Shown here piece by piece: positions 48,350 to 59,471 of a DNA stretch of 60,583 nucleotides. This DNA is from Candidatus Eiseniibacteriota bacterium (lineage in GTDB: Bacteria; Eisenbacteria; RBG-16-71-46; DASYSL01). The stretch spans positions 1 through 60,583 of the forward strand of contig JANPEF010000017.1 in the NCBI GenBank assembly GCA_031431875.1. Direction: 5' to 3'. Under the pieces are notes generated by a model. That model was not told the DNA's origin. It ran no database searches and worked only from the letters and a program-made list of their open reading frames with translations. Positions within the stretch are counted from its first letter, which is position 1, and every line of letters begins with the position of its first letter. The position numbers and the translations under genes are program-made.

Positions 48350-49594
48350 GTGCCGCCCGCCGGAGGTCCTGTGCCGTTCTCGACGTGGGTCGAAGTCGAC
48401 CTCGACATCCTCGATGCCAACCTCGATGCGATCCGCCGCGACATCGGCGCCGAGCGCGAGATCCTGCTCGTCGTCAAGGCCGATGCCTACGGGCACGGTG
48501 CCGTCGAGGTTGCCCGTGCGGCCGCCGCGCGCGGCGTGCGCCAGTTCGGCGTCGCCACGCTGCATGAGGGGATCCAGCTCCGCGATGCCGGCCTGACGGC
48601 CGATATCTGGGTGCTGTCGCCGCTGCTGCCGAGCGAGATCCGACAGGCGCTTGCGCACCATCTCGAGCCCACGCTGCCGTCGCTCGACTTCGCACGCGCA
48701 TTGTCGCAAGCCGCGCGGGACAGCGCGGCCGGACCGGTGCGCGTGCACGTCGAGGTGGACACGGGCATGGGACGCACCGGCGTCGACGCGACCGAGGCAG
48801 TGGAATTTCTCACGGCGGTGGATGCGTTGCCGGGGTTGCGGGTGGGATCTGTTTACACCCATTTCCCCGATGCGGATGCGAAGGACCTGGGCTTCGCCCG
48901 GCAACAGGTCTCGCGTTTCCACGAAGTGCTCGTCGCGCTCGAGGCTCGCGGCCTTCGGCCGCCGCATGTGCACGCGGCAAACTCGGCCGGCACGCTCCGA
49001 CTGCCCGAGGGGCGGTTTGACCTCGTGCGACCAGGGCTCGCCGCCTACGGCACGGTCCCCCCGAACGCCGACAGGACCGGAGCTGCCGCTCTGCTCAAAC
49101 CCGCCATGGCCTTCCGCTCGCGCCTGGTCCAGGTGCGGCGCATGCGCGCGGGGCGCTCCATCTCGTATGGCCGCACGTTCACCACGGCGCGCGAGAGCCT
49201 CATCGGAGTGGTGCCCGTGGGCTACGGGCACGGGTACTCGTGGCTGTGCTCGAATCGCGGCGCGATGCTGGTGGGCGGGCGGCGCGCGCCGATCGTGGGG
49301 CGCGTCACGATGGACCTGACGATGGTCGACCTCACGGACCTCGCCCTCGAGACCGGCCGCACGCCGCAGCCCGGGGACCCCGTGGTACTGTTCGGGACCG
49401 GCGACGGCGGCTCGATCCCGATCGAGGAACTGGCGGGGTGGAGCGAGACGTTGCCCTACGAAGTCCTGTGCACGATCGGCAAGCGCGTCACGCGCGTCTA
49501 CTTGCGCGGCGGCCGGCCGTGGCGCGTGGTCACGCTGGTCGGGTCGATGGATCCCGACGACGTGCCCGCGGCATTCCACCAGGAGAACGCATGA
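48350..49594 (+). CDS. alr: alanine racemase
   Basis: VVKADAYGHG, VDTGMGR, HAANSAG, VRPG, SYG and GRVTMD motifs. Confidence 0.95.
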   Translation: MPPAGGPVPFSTWVEVDLDILDANLDAIRRDIGAEREILLVVKADAYGHGAVEVARAAAARGVRQFGVATLHEGIQLRDAGLTADIWVLSPLLPSEIRQALAHHLEPTLPSLDFARALSQAARDSAAGPVRVHVEVDTGMGRTGVDATEAVEFLTAVDALPGLRVGSVYTHFPDADAKDLGFARQQVSRFHEVLVALEARGLRPPHVHAANSAGTLRLPEGRFDLVRPGLAAYGTVPPNADRTGAAALLKPAMAFRSRLVQVRRMRAGRSISYGRTFTTARESLIGVVPVGYGHGYSWLCSNRGAMLVGGRRAPIVGRVTMDLTMVDLTDLALETGRTPQPGDPVVLFGTGDGGSIPIEELAGWSETLPYEVLCTIGKRVTRVYLRGGRPWRVVTLVGSMDPDDVPAAFHQENA

Positions 49595-50022
49595 TCGAGC
49601 GCGGCGAGACGGCGGTTCCGGACGAGGTGTCGCTGGTCGCCGAGGCGACGAGCGCGCTGGCGCAGGCGTACGCGCCATACTCGCGCTTCCCGGTCGGCGC
49701 CGCGCTGCGCACGCCGGCCGGCCGCGTCTACCGCGGGGCCAACGTCGAGAACGCATCGCTCGGGTTGTCGATGTGCGCCGAGCGGAACGCGGTGTTCTCG
49801 GCAGTCGCCGCCGGCGAACGCGCGTTCGAGGCGATCGCGATCGTGAGCAAGGCGCCCGAGCCGACGCCGCCGTGCGGCGCGTGCCGCCAGGTGCTGCTCG
49901 AGTTCGGCGCCGACGAGCTGACGGTGCTCCTCGCCACGACGCAGAAGCCGGGGCGCATCGAGCGGCTCACGCTCGGCGCGCTCACGCCGTTCGCCTTCCG
50001 TCGCTTCGAACCGGGAGCCTGA
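49591..50022 (+). CDS. cdd: cytidine deaminase
   Basis: AYAPYSRFPVGAA, NVENAS, CAERNA and PCGACRQ motifs. Confidence 0.95.
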   Translation: MIERGETAVPDEVSLVAEATSALAQAYAPYSRFPVGAALRTPAGRVYRGANVENASLGLSMCAERNAVFSAVAAGERAFEAIAIVSKAPEPTPPCGACRQVLLEFGADELTVLLATTQKPGRIERLTLGALTPFAFRRFEPGA

Positions 50023-50026
50023 GCCG

Positions 50027-50958
50027 ATGAGCGACCTCGATCGCACCGCGCTCGTCGAGCGCATCACCCGCCTCGTCCTCGCCGAGATGTCGGGCGGTGC
50101 CACCCCTGGAGCGGCTGCCGCGGCGATGCACGCCTATGCGGCGGCCCCGCGCGGCGCCGCGGGCGCCCCGGGCTGCCCGCGCTGCGATGCGTGGGGCCCG
50201 TGTGCGGAGCACTGTGCGATCGAAGTCCGCAACGCGTTCGAGTCCGGCGCGACCCGCGTGTCGTCGTCCCCGGGCTTCTGTCCATCCGACGAAACAGGGA
50301 TCAGCGCGCGGATCGATCACACGTTGCTCAAGCCCGAGACCACGGTCGACGAGATCCGTGTCCTCTGCCGCGAAGCGGCAGAGAATTGCTTTGCCTCGGT
50401 TTGCGTGAACCCGACCTACGTGACTCTCTGCGCGGAACTGCTGCGCGATTCATCGGTGAAGGTGTGCACGGTGGTCGGATTCCCCCTCGGGGCACATCTC
50501 TCCGAGGTGAAGGCCTACGAGACCCGCCGCGCCATCCAGGACGGCGCGCGCGAGATCGACATGGTGATCGACATCGGCGCGCTCAAGTCGCACGACCACG
50601 CGAAGGTCGAGCGCGACATCCGTGCGGTCGTCGACGCGTGCGGGCCGCACGTCGTCTCCAAGGTCATCCTCGAGATGACGCTGCTCACGACCGAGGAGAA
50701 GATCGCCGGCTGCTCGCTGTCGAAGGCCGCGGGTGCGGACTTCGTGAAGACCTCGACCGGCTTCGCCGGCGGGGGCGCCACGCTCGAGGACGTGAAGCTG
50801 ATGCGCGCGGTCGTCGGCTCGGACATGGGTATCAAGGCCGCCGGCGGGATCCGCACGCAGGAGGACGCGAAGAAGATGATCGAGGCCGGCGCGACGCGCC
50901 TGGGCACCAGCGCCTCGATCAAGATCGTGCGCGGCGAGACGGTCACGGGCGGGTACTG

Positions 50959-50959
<1 letters not shown>
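50027..50959 (+). CDS. deoC: deoxyribose-phosphate aldolase with an N-terminal extension
   Basis: IDHTLLKP, VVGFPLG, EIDMV, FVKTSTGF and KAAGGIR motifs. Confidence 0.95.
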
Positions 50960-52287
<1,328 letters not shown>

Positions 52288-52348
52288 CGGGTCGAGTCCG
52301 GAGGGTGAAACTCGTCGGAGTGCCCCCACGACACCGCCCCTGCGGGTC

Positions 52349-52615
52349 ATGTCCGTGCCGATCGTCTCCGTGTTCTTCGGCATCGTCGTGCGGATGGACT
52401 CCGAGGATCATTCCCCGGCGCACTTTCACGCGGAGTTTGGCGGGGATCGAGCGAGCTTCAGTTTGCTGGGGGAAAGGCTCTCCGGCGAGATCCGGTCGTG
52501 TGTTGCCCGACGGCTCATTCGCGAGTGGGCGCAGGCTCACCGCGATGAGCTCGAGCTCAACTGGTCCAACTCAAGAGAGGCGCGGCCGATGCACTCCATC
52601 GAGCCCCCGGGGTGA
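52349..52615 (+). CDS. DUF4160-family putative toxin
   Basis: PIVSVFFGIVVRM...DHSPAHFH...EW...H..EL..NW. Confidence 0.8.
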   Translation: MSVPIVSVFFGIVVRMDSEDHSPAHFHAEFGGDRASFSLLGERLSGEIRSCVARRLIREWAQAHRDELELNWSNSREARPMHSIEPPG

Positions 52616-52621
52616 CTGGCG

Positions 52622-52873
52622 ATGAAACCCATTCCCTTCGTGACCGCCGCGGACTTTCGCGGCGACTTTCGCATCCATCTTCGTTTCGACGATGGTGTCG
52701 AGAAGACCGTTGATTTCAGGCCGTACCTGCACGGCCCTGTCTTTGTGCCCCTGATGGAGCCCGCGTTCTTTCAGGCGTTCCGGATCGAGGGCGGCACGGT
52801 GGCCTGGCCGAATGGTGCAGACGTCGCACCGGAGACGCTGCACGCAGCCCCGGCAATCGGCGAGGCGGCCTGA
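52622..52873 (+). CDS. DUF2442-family putative antitoxin
   Basis: L.FDDG...VD, GPVF.PL and W.NGADVAPE.L motifs. Confidence 0.82.
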   Translation: MKPIPFVTAADFRGDFRIHLRFDDGVEKTVDFRPYLHGPVFVPLMEPAFFQAFRIEGGTVAWPNGADVAPETLHAAPAIGEAA

Positions 52874-53005
52874 CGCGACAGGGCGCGCAAATCGTCCGAA
52901 CCCGGAGTTCCAATCCCTGCGGCACGCGACCGGACGCATGAGGGTCGCGTGCCTCATCCACTTCTGCACTCGACGAATCGCGCAACTATCCCCCGTGGAG
53001 GTCCC

Positions 53006-53839
53006 GTGGTCTCGAACTCGCTGCCCCGCACCGTCATCCTTCTCACCCTCGCACTCACCCTCGCAGCCATGCCGGCCTCCGCCCAGGAAGCCGGCGAGCT
53101 CGCAAAGAAGACGCAGAACCCGGTCGGCGACCTGACGTCCGTGCCCTTCCAGTTCAACTGGTCGAGCGGCGGCGACCTCGGAAACCGCGCGCTGTACAAC
53201 CTGAACTTCCAGCCGGTGTTTCCGCTCGGCATCAACACGAAGTGGAACCTGATCGCGCGCCCGGTCATTCCGATCCTCAACATTCCGGTGCCCGGAAGCG
53301 AGGGCCCCGATGGAATCAGCGACCGCGCGACCGGCATCGGCGACATCCAGACCCAGCTCTTCCTCACGCCGAAGAGCCCCGGCAGCATCATCTGGGGTGT
53401 GGGCCCGGTGCTCTCGCTGCCGACGGCGACGAATGACCTGGCGCGCACCGGCGTGTTCGGGATGGGACCGACGGCGGTGCTGCTCGCGATGCCGGGCAAG
53501 ATCGTGACCGGCGTTCTGGCGAACCAGGTCTGGAAGGTCGCGGGGACGGAGGACAGCGGCGACTACAGCCGCGCGTTCATCCAGCCGTTCTTCAACTACA
53601 ATCTGCCCAACGCGTGGACGATCGGGACGTCGCCCGGAATCACGGCGAACTGGGAGGCGGCGAGTGGCCAGGAGTGGACGGTGCCCGTCGGCGGGGGTGT
53701 CTCGAAGGTGACGGCGATCGGCAAGCAGCCGTTCCAGTTGGGCATGTTCTACTACCACAATGCGGTCAAGCCGGATGGAGCGCCCGAGGATACGTACCGG
53801 CTCAATGCCTCGTTCCTGTTCCCGATCGCCAAGCCGTAG
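53006..53839 (+). CDS. outer-membrane beta-barrel/transporter-like protein
   Basis: signal peptide; ELAKKTQNPV..L.SVPFQ, QPV.P, GIGD and WTVPVG; terminal FLFP. Confidence 0.7.
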   Translation: MVSNSLPRTVILLTLALTLAAMPASAQEAGELAKKTQNPVGDLTSVPFQFNWSSGGDLGNRALYNLNFQPVFPLGINTKWNLIARPVIPILNIPVPGSEGPDGISDRATGIGDIQTQLFLTPKSPGSIIWGVGPVLSLPTATNDLARTGVFGMGPTAVLLAMPGKIVTGVLANQVWKVAGTEDSGDYSRAFIQPFFNYNLPNAWTIGTSPGITANWEAASGQEWTVPVGGGVSKVTAIGKQPFQLGMFYYHNAVKPDGAPEDTYRLNASFLFPIAKP

Positions 53840-54049
53840 CGTTCGCCGCCGGGAGGGGGCGGGCGAGCCGATACGGGCTCGAACGCCCCCCTTGCCCACC
53901 CCGGTGGCCTCCCGTAGACTGCGGCCGACCTTTACGATGCCGCGCGGCAGCTTCCCCTCCGGATCTCCCTGCCGACCCGCACCGGGCCCCGGTCGCCCGG
54001 CCGCCTCCGCGCATCCTGATCCGACGCAGACCCACGAAAGGGGGCCTCG

Positions 54050-55075
54050 GTGAACACCCGTACCAAGTCGGCAACGAGCGGCCTGAGCCGTCTCGACCTG
54101 CCCGAGGATCGCATCCGCTTGCTCTATCGCCGCCTGTGGACCTCGCGCCTGATTGATGAGCGCGGGCGCAAGCTGTTCCGCCAGGGCCGCATGCTCGGCA
54201 ACATGTACACCGCGGTCGGCCAGGAGGCGATCACACTCGTCCCGGCGTTCCTGCTGCAGGAGCTCGACTTCATCGGGCCGTCGCACCGCGAGTTGCCCGC
54301 GTCGGTGGGCAAGGGCGTGCCGACGGACGTGATCTTCGCGCAGATCCTCGCGCGTGCCTCCTCGCCGGATCGCGGCAAGTCGCATCCGTGCCACTATGGC
54401 TACGCGCCGCTGCGCGTGCTCACGCCTGCGTCGACGGTCGCCGCGCAATACGTCGTCGCGACGGGCGTTGCGCTCGCCTACAAGATGCAGAAGAACGGCC
54501 TGATCGCGCTCGCCTACACCGGCGACGGCGGCACCGCCCGTGGCGACTTCCACGAGGCGCTCAACTTCGCGGCCGTGCAGAAGCTGCCGGCCGTCTACAT
54601 CATCCAGAACAACCTGTGGGCCGAGTCGGTGCCGCTGCACATGTCGACCGCGCTCACCGACCTGTCGGATCGCGCGAAGGCGTACGGCATGCCGGGCGTG
54701 ACGATCGACGGCAACGACGTGGTCGAGGTGTACGCCACGGCGTCGAAGGCGATCGAGCGTGCCCGCAACGGCGGCGGCCCGACGCTGATCGAAGGGAAGA
54801 CCTATCGCTGGTACGGCCACTCCGAGATCGATCCGGCGAACTACCGAACCGACGAGGAAGTGAACGCGTGGAAGGCGAAGGATCCGCTGCCGCGCTTCGA
54901 GAAGCTGCTCATTGAAGAGGGCGTTCTCGCCGCCGACGATCCGGCGAAGATCCAGGCCGATGTCGCCAGGGAGATCGAGGACGCGCTCACGTGGGCGGAG
55001 GCACAGCCGTACGCGACCGCCGAGGCCACCTACGAGGACGTCTTCGCGCCGGGCACCTTCGGCGGATACAAGTGA
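54050..55075 (+). CDS. 2-oxoacid (pyruvate/branched-chain) dehydrogenase E1 alpha
   Basis: GQEA, TPP motif GDGG...NN, DGND and TYRW.GHS..D. Confidence 0.92.
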   Translation: MNTRTKSATSGLSRLDLPEDRIRLLYRRLWTSRLIDERGRKLFRQGRMLGNMYTAVGQEAITLVPAFLLQELDFIGPSHRELPASVGKGVPTDVIFAQILARASSPDRGKSHPCHYGYAPLRVLTPASTVAAQYVVATGVALAYKMQKNGLIALAYTGDGGTARGDFHEALNFAAVQKLPAVYIIQNNLWAESVPLHMSTALTDLSDRAKAYGMPGVTIDGNDVVEVYATASKAIERARNGGGPTLIEGKTYRWYGHSEIDPANYRTDEEVNAWKAKDPLPRFEKLLIEEGVLAADDPAKIQADVAREIEDALTWAEAQPYATAEATYEDVFAPGTFGGYK

Positions 55076-55082
55076 TGGTCGG

Positions 55083-55571
55083 TTGACGCTCGCTGCGAAG
55101 TCCGCGCGGGATTCCGCGACCGACATGGTGCAGCTGGTGCTGCCGAACGACACCAACACGATCGGCAACGTGCTCGGCGGCACCGTGATGCACTGGATCG
55201 ACATCGTCGCTGCGATCGCCGCCCATCGCCACGCGGGCCGGCTGTGCGTCACGGCGTCGATGGACGATTTGTCGTTCGAGGCGCCGATCAAGATGGGCCA
55301 GCTCGCGCACCTGACCGCGCGGGTGACGTACACGTCGAACACCTCGGTCGAGGTGCAGGTGCACGTCGAAGCCGAGAACCTGAACACCGGCAATCGTCGC
55401 CGGACGAGCACTGCGTTCCTGACCTTCGTCGCCATCGACGAGGTGGGGCGCCCCGTTCCCGTGCCGCCGCTCCTGGTCGGCCCCGAGGACGAAGAGGAAC
55501 ACGCCCGCGCCGTCGTTCGCCGACGGGAACGCCTGAACCGCCGCGCCGTGCGCGGCCCTCGCCCCGCCTGA
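55083..55571 (+). CDS. hotdog-fold acyl-CoA thioesterase (YciA-like)
   Basis: VLPNDTN..G..LGG..M.WID, VTAS.D and FLTFVAID..GRP motifs. Confidence 0.88.
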   Translation: MTLAAKSARDSATDMVQLVLPNDTNTIGNVLGGTVMHWIDIVAAIAAHRHAGRLCVTASMDDLSFEAPIKMGQLAHLTARVTYTSNTSVEVQVHVEAENLNTGNRRRTSTAFLTFVAIDEVGRPVPVPPLLVGPEDEEEHARAVVRRRERLNRRAVRGPRPA

Positions 55572-55596
55572 ACGGGGCCCGGAGGAAAGAGGAACC

Positions 55597-56616
55597 ATGT
55601 CGACCCTGTTGAACGCAGTGAACCCCGGCACCGGCGCTCCGAAGACGATGATCGAAGCCATCACCGAGGCGATGTACGAGGAGATGGAAGCGGACGACCG
55701 CGTGTTCTGCATCGGCGAGGACATCGGCTTCTACGGCGGCGTGTTCAAGGCGACCAAGGGCCTGTTCGACAAGTTCGGCGGCGAGCGCGTGATCGATTCG
55801 CCACTGTCCGAGTCGATGATCATCGGCGCCGGCGTCGGCGCGGCACTGGTCGGCATGCGGCCGATCCCCGAGATTCAATTCGCGGACTTCATCACGTGTG
55901 GAATTGACCAGATCGTCGAGCAGGCCTCCAGAATCCGATACCGCACGGGTGGTTCCTGGACTTGCCCGGTGGTCATTCGCTGCCCTTACGGCGGAGATGT
56001 CTCCGGAGGCCTGTATCACTCTCAGTCCGTTGAAGCATGGTTTGTCCACACGCCGGGCATCAAGGTGTGCGTCCCGGCGTTCCCGTCCGACGCCAAGGGC
56101 ATGCTCAAGGCCGCGATCCGCGACCCGGATCCGGTGCTGTTCTTCGAGCACAAGCGCCTGTACCGCTCGGTCAAGGAAGTGATCCCCGACGGTGACTACA
56201 CGATCGAGATCGGCCCCGCCAAGGTCCGTCGCCAGGGCAAGCACGTCACCGCGATCTCCTATGGGCTCATGTTGATCCGCACGCTCGAGGCGGCGGAGCG
56301 CGTGGCCCAGGAGGGGATCGAGGTCGAGGTCGTCGACCTGCGCTGCCTGCAGCCGCTCGACCGCGACACGATCAACGAAGCGGCGAAGAAGACCGGCAAG
56401 GTCGTCATCATCCACGAGGACCAGAAGACGCTCGGCGTCGGCGCCGAGATCGCGGCGACGATCACCGAGACCGTGTTCGAGTACCTTGACGCGCCGATCT
56501 TCCGTGTCGCCGCGCCCGACGTGCCCGCCATGCCGTTCGCGCCCACGATGGAGCACGAGTTCATGCCCAACGTCGACAAGATCGCCGCCGCGCTGCGCCA
56601 GGCCGCGGCGTACTGA
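55597..56616 (+). CDS. 2-oxoacid dehydrogenase E1 beta
   Basis: GEDIG..GGVF, DSPLSE, EIQFADF, HSQS.E and FFEHK motifs. Confidence 0.93.
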   Translation: MSTLLNAVNPGTGAPKTMIEAITEAMYEEMEADDRVFCIGEDIGFYGGVFKATKGLFDKFGGERVIDSPLSESMIIGAGVGAALVGMRPIPEIQFADFITCGIDQIVEQASRIRYRTGGSWTCPVVIRCPYGGDVSGGLYHSQSVEAWFVHTPGIKVCVPAFPSDAKGMLKAAIRDPDPVLFFEHKRLYRSVKEVIPDGDYTIEIGPAKVRRQGKHVTAISYGLMLIRTLEAAERVAQEGIEVEVVDLRCLQPLDRDTINEAAKKTGKVVIIHEDQKTLGVGAEIAATITETVFEYLDAPIFRVAAPDVPAMPFAPTMEHEFMPNVDKIAAALRQAAAY

Positions 56617-56638
56617 CCCCGAGTCGAGGAGACCGACC

Positions 56639-57973
56639 GTGCCGATTTCGATCGTCGTCCCGCAGCTCGGCGAGTCCGTCGTCGAGGGCACCATCAGCAA
56701 GTGGTTGAAGAACGTCGGTGACTCCGTCAAGGAAGAGGAGCCGCTGGTCGAGATCATGACCGACAAGATCACGATCGAGGTGCCCTCGCCCGGCGCGGGC
56801 ACGCTGGGCAGGATCCTGGTCGAGTCGGGCACCGTGCCGATCGGCGAGAAGATCGCGATTCTGCTGAAGGCCGGCGAGACGCTGGCCGACGCCGATGCTG
56901 CGCCGAAGAGCGCCGCCGAGACGACCGCTGCCGCGAAGTATGGCTCGGGCGGTGCCACGGCAGGCGCAGCGACGGCGACGGCGCCGGCGCCCGTGGTGGC
57001 CCCGCAAGCAACGGCCCCTGCGCCTGCGGCGCAGGTATACGCACCTGCGGCGCAGGTCCATGGCAACGGCCGTGCCCGCTACTCGCCCGTCGTCCGCCGG
57101 CTGTCGAAGGAGCACCAGGTCGACCCGACGTGGGTCAAGGGCTCGGGCCTGGGCGGTCGCGTCACCCGCGACGACATGGTCGCCTACATCGCCGACTTGA
57201 AGGCCGGCAAGATTGCACCGCCGGCGGCGGCAGGCGGAGGGCGCACGGGCTCGGTCGGCCTGCCGATGGCCGGTCCGCTCGAGGAGACGATCGCCATCGC
57301 GGGCATCAGGAAGGCGATCGCCGACAACATGGTGCGCAGCAAGTTCACGGCCGTGCACACGACGACCTTCGAAGAGGTCGACATGTCGGCCATCGTGCGC
57401 CTGCGCAACGAGTGGAAGGAGAAGCTCTCGAAGCAGGGTGTGAAGCTCACGTTCACGCCGTTCTTCGTCAAGGCGGCGGTGGTCGCGCTGCGCGACTTCC
57501 CGACCATGAACGCGACGTGGAACGGCGCCGAGTCGGTCACCGTCAAGCGCTACTACAACGTCGGCGTGGCGGTGGGGCGTGACAAGGGGCTGATCGTCCC
57601 GGTGCTCAAGGACTGCGGTTCGAAGGCCCTGGTCGACATCGCCCGCGGCGTCGAGGATCTGGCGACCCGCGCGCATGGCGACAAGCTGACCATGGACGAC
57701 CTCACCGGCGGCACGTTCTCGATCACCAACGCCGGGCTATTCGGCTCGTTCGCCTCGACGCCGATCATCAACTTTCCCGAGGTCTGCATCCTCGGCGTGC
57801 ACAAGATCACCGACCAGCCGATGGCCGTCGACGGGCAGGTCGTGATCCGCCCGAAGATGAACCTGGCACTGACGTTCGATCACCGCTGGATCGACGGCCA
57901 CACCGCCGTCCAGTACATCGTCCGCGTCAAGGACCTGCTCGAGAAGCCCGAGCTGCTCTGGTTCGCGGTCTGA
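56639..57973 (+). CDS. 2-oxoacid dehydrogenase E2 dihydrolipoamide acyltransferase
   Basis: lipoyl domain (TDKI), E3-binding SPVVRRL..GSG.GGRVT and catalytic DHRWIDG. Confidence 0.93.
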   Translation: MPISIVVPQLGESVVEGTISKWLKNVGDSVKEEEPLVEIMTDKITIEVPSPGAGTLGRILVESGTVPIGEKIAILLKAGETLADADAAPKSAAETTAAAKYGSGGATAGAATATAPAPVVAPQATAPAPAAQVYAPAAQVHGNGRARYSPVVRRLSKEHQVDPTWVKGSGLGGRVTRDDMVAYIADLKAGKIAPPAAAGGGRTGSVGLPMAGPLEETIAIAGIRKAIADNMVRSKFTAVHTTTFEEVDMSAIVRLRNEWKEKLSKQGVKLTFTPFFVKAAVVALRDFPTMNATWNGAESVTVKRYYNVGVAVGRDKGLIVPVLKDCGSKALVDIARGVEDLATRAHGDKLTMDDLTGGTFSITNAGLFGSFASTPIINFPEVCILGVHKITDQPMAVDGQVVIRPKMNLALTFDHRWIDGHTAVQYIVRVKDLLEKPELLWFAV

Positions 57974-57989
57974 TGACGGGCGCGCATTC

Positions 57990-58505
57990 GTGAGCGCGCC
58001 GCTCGAGCCCTGGCTGCGCGGTCCGGTACCGGACGTGTCGCCGATGCTGCAACCCGCCGCGCACATCCTCCTGCAGGTCGGGGAGGAGGTGCGCGGAGTC
58101 GTATCCAGCCTGTCGCCGGCACAGCTCTGGGCGCATCCGGCGGACGCGGCGCCGATCGGCTTCCACGTCCTGCACCTGGCCGGCTCGCTCGATCGGCTGC
58201 TCACCTACGCGCGCGGCGCCACGCTGAGCGAGGCCCAGCACGAGGCGATCGCCGCCGAGAAGGCCGCCGCAGAGACGCAGCCCGCTGCCGCCCTCCTCCT
58301 CGCCAGGCTCGACGATGCGATCGCCGTGGCCGTGGCCCAGATCGCCGCCACGACCGAGGCCGACGCGCTGACCCCCCGCGTCCTCGGCCGGGCGCAGATC
58401 GCGACGAACGCCCTCGGACTCCTCATGCACGCCGTCGAGCACTCGGCGCGCCACGCGGGGCAGATCTCGACGCTCGCGCGGTTCGTCCGGGCTTCCTCTC
58501 CCTAG
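57990..58505 (+). CDS. DinB-family protein
   Basis: EPWLRG, GFHVLHLAGS.DRL and HAVEH..RH.GQ. Confidence 0.8.
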   Translation: MSAPLEPWLRGPVPDVSPMLQPAAHILLQVGEEVRGVVSSLSPAQLWAHPADAAPIGFHVLHLAGSLDRLLTYARGATLSEAQHEAIAAEKAAAETQPAAALLLARLDDAIAVAVAQIAATTEADALTPRVLGRAQIATNALGLLMHAVEHSARHAGQISTLARFVRASSP

Positions 58506-58515
58506 AGATTCCCGA

Positions 58516-59385
58516 TTGCGCTCGGCGACCCTGGCCTTCGGCGCCACCCTCGTTGCGCTTTTCGCCTTTGCCGCGAACTCGCTGCTCTGCCGCCTTGCAC
58601 TCGCCGAGCGCTCGATCGATCCGGCCTCGTTTACTGCCGTGCGCATCGCCAGCGGCGCGCTGGTCCTGGCAACCCTCGTCACGCTGCGCCGCAGCGACGC
58701 GAGCGTGGTGCGCGCCGGCGACCTGGGCTCCGCCTGCGCGTTGTTCGCCTATGCCATCCTGTTCGCCGGTGCCTACGTCGTGCTGCCTGCGGGCACGGGG
58801 GCGCTGCTGTTGTTCGGCGCCGTGCAGACGACCATGCTGGTGGCGGCCGTCGTGCGCGGCGAGCGGCCCGGTGCGCTGCAGGCGTTCGGGATCGTGCTCG
58901 CGCTCGGCGGGCTCGTTGCACTCGTCGCGCCGGGCCTCGGCGCGCCGCCGCTCTCGGGCGCGCTTGCCATGCTCGTCGCGGGCGCGGCGTGGGGCGCGTA
59001 CTCGCTACGCGGCCGCGCCGCCGCCGATCCGCTGGCGGTGACGGCCGGCAACTTCGCGCGGGCGTTGCCGCTGGCCCTGGTGCCGCTCGGGCTCGTCGCC
59101 GTGGCGGCCGGAACCGGCAGTCCCTTCGCCCCGCACGCGAGCGTGCGTGGCCTGGCGCTCGCGGCCGCCTCGGGCGGGATCGCTTCGGGCATCGGCTACG
59201 CGATCTGGTACGCCGCGCTGCCCCGGCTCACGGCGACGCGCGCCGCCGTCGTCCAGCTCACCGTCCCGGTCATCGCCGCCCTCGGTGGCGTGCTGTTGCT
59301 CGGCGAGATGGTGACGCCGCGGCTCGCGTTGTCCACTGTCGCGATCCTCGGCGGCGTGGCCCTCGGCCTGCGTCGCGGGCGCTGA
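58516..59385 (+). CDS. EamA/DMT-family transporter
   Basis: FAANSLLCRLAL, about ten TM segments, QLTVPVIAA. Confidence 0.85.
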   Translation: MRSATLAFGATLVALFAFAANSLLCRLALAERSIDPASFTAVRIASGALVLATLVTLRRSDASVVRAGDLGSACALFAYAILFAGAYVVLPAGTGALLLFGAVQTTMLVAAVVRGERPGALQAFGIVLALGGLVALVAPGLGAPPLSGALAMLVAGAAWGAYSLRGRAAADPLAVTAGNFARALPLALVPLGLVAVAAGTGSPFAPHASVRGLALAAASGGIASGIGYAIWYAALPRLTATRAAVVQLTVPVIAALGGVLLLGEMVTPRLALSTVAILGGVALGLRRGR

Positions 59386-59471
59386 ACGGGACGCGACCCG
59401 GGCACCACTCCTGTTCTACAATCCGTTCGTTCCTCCCTCGTCCCCATCAAGCCCCTGTCACGAGGTGTTCC

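Noticed and set aside
55860..56045. Local patch of lower-GC codons within E1 beta (similar patches in nuoL and deoC)
   Set aside because: Protein motifs run uninterrupted; no evidence for an insertion or overlapping element
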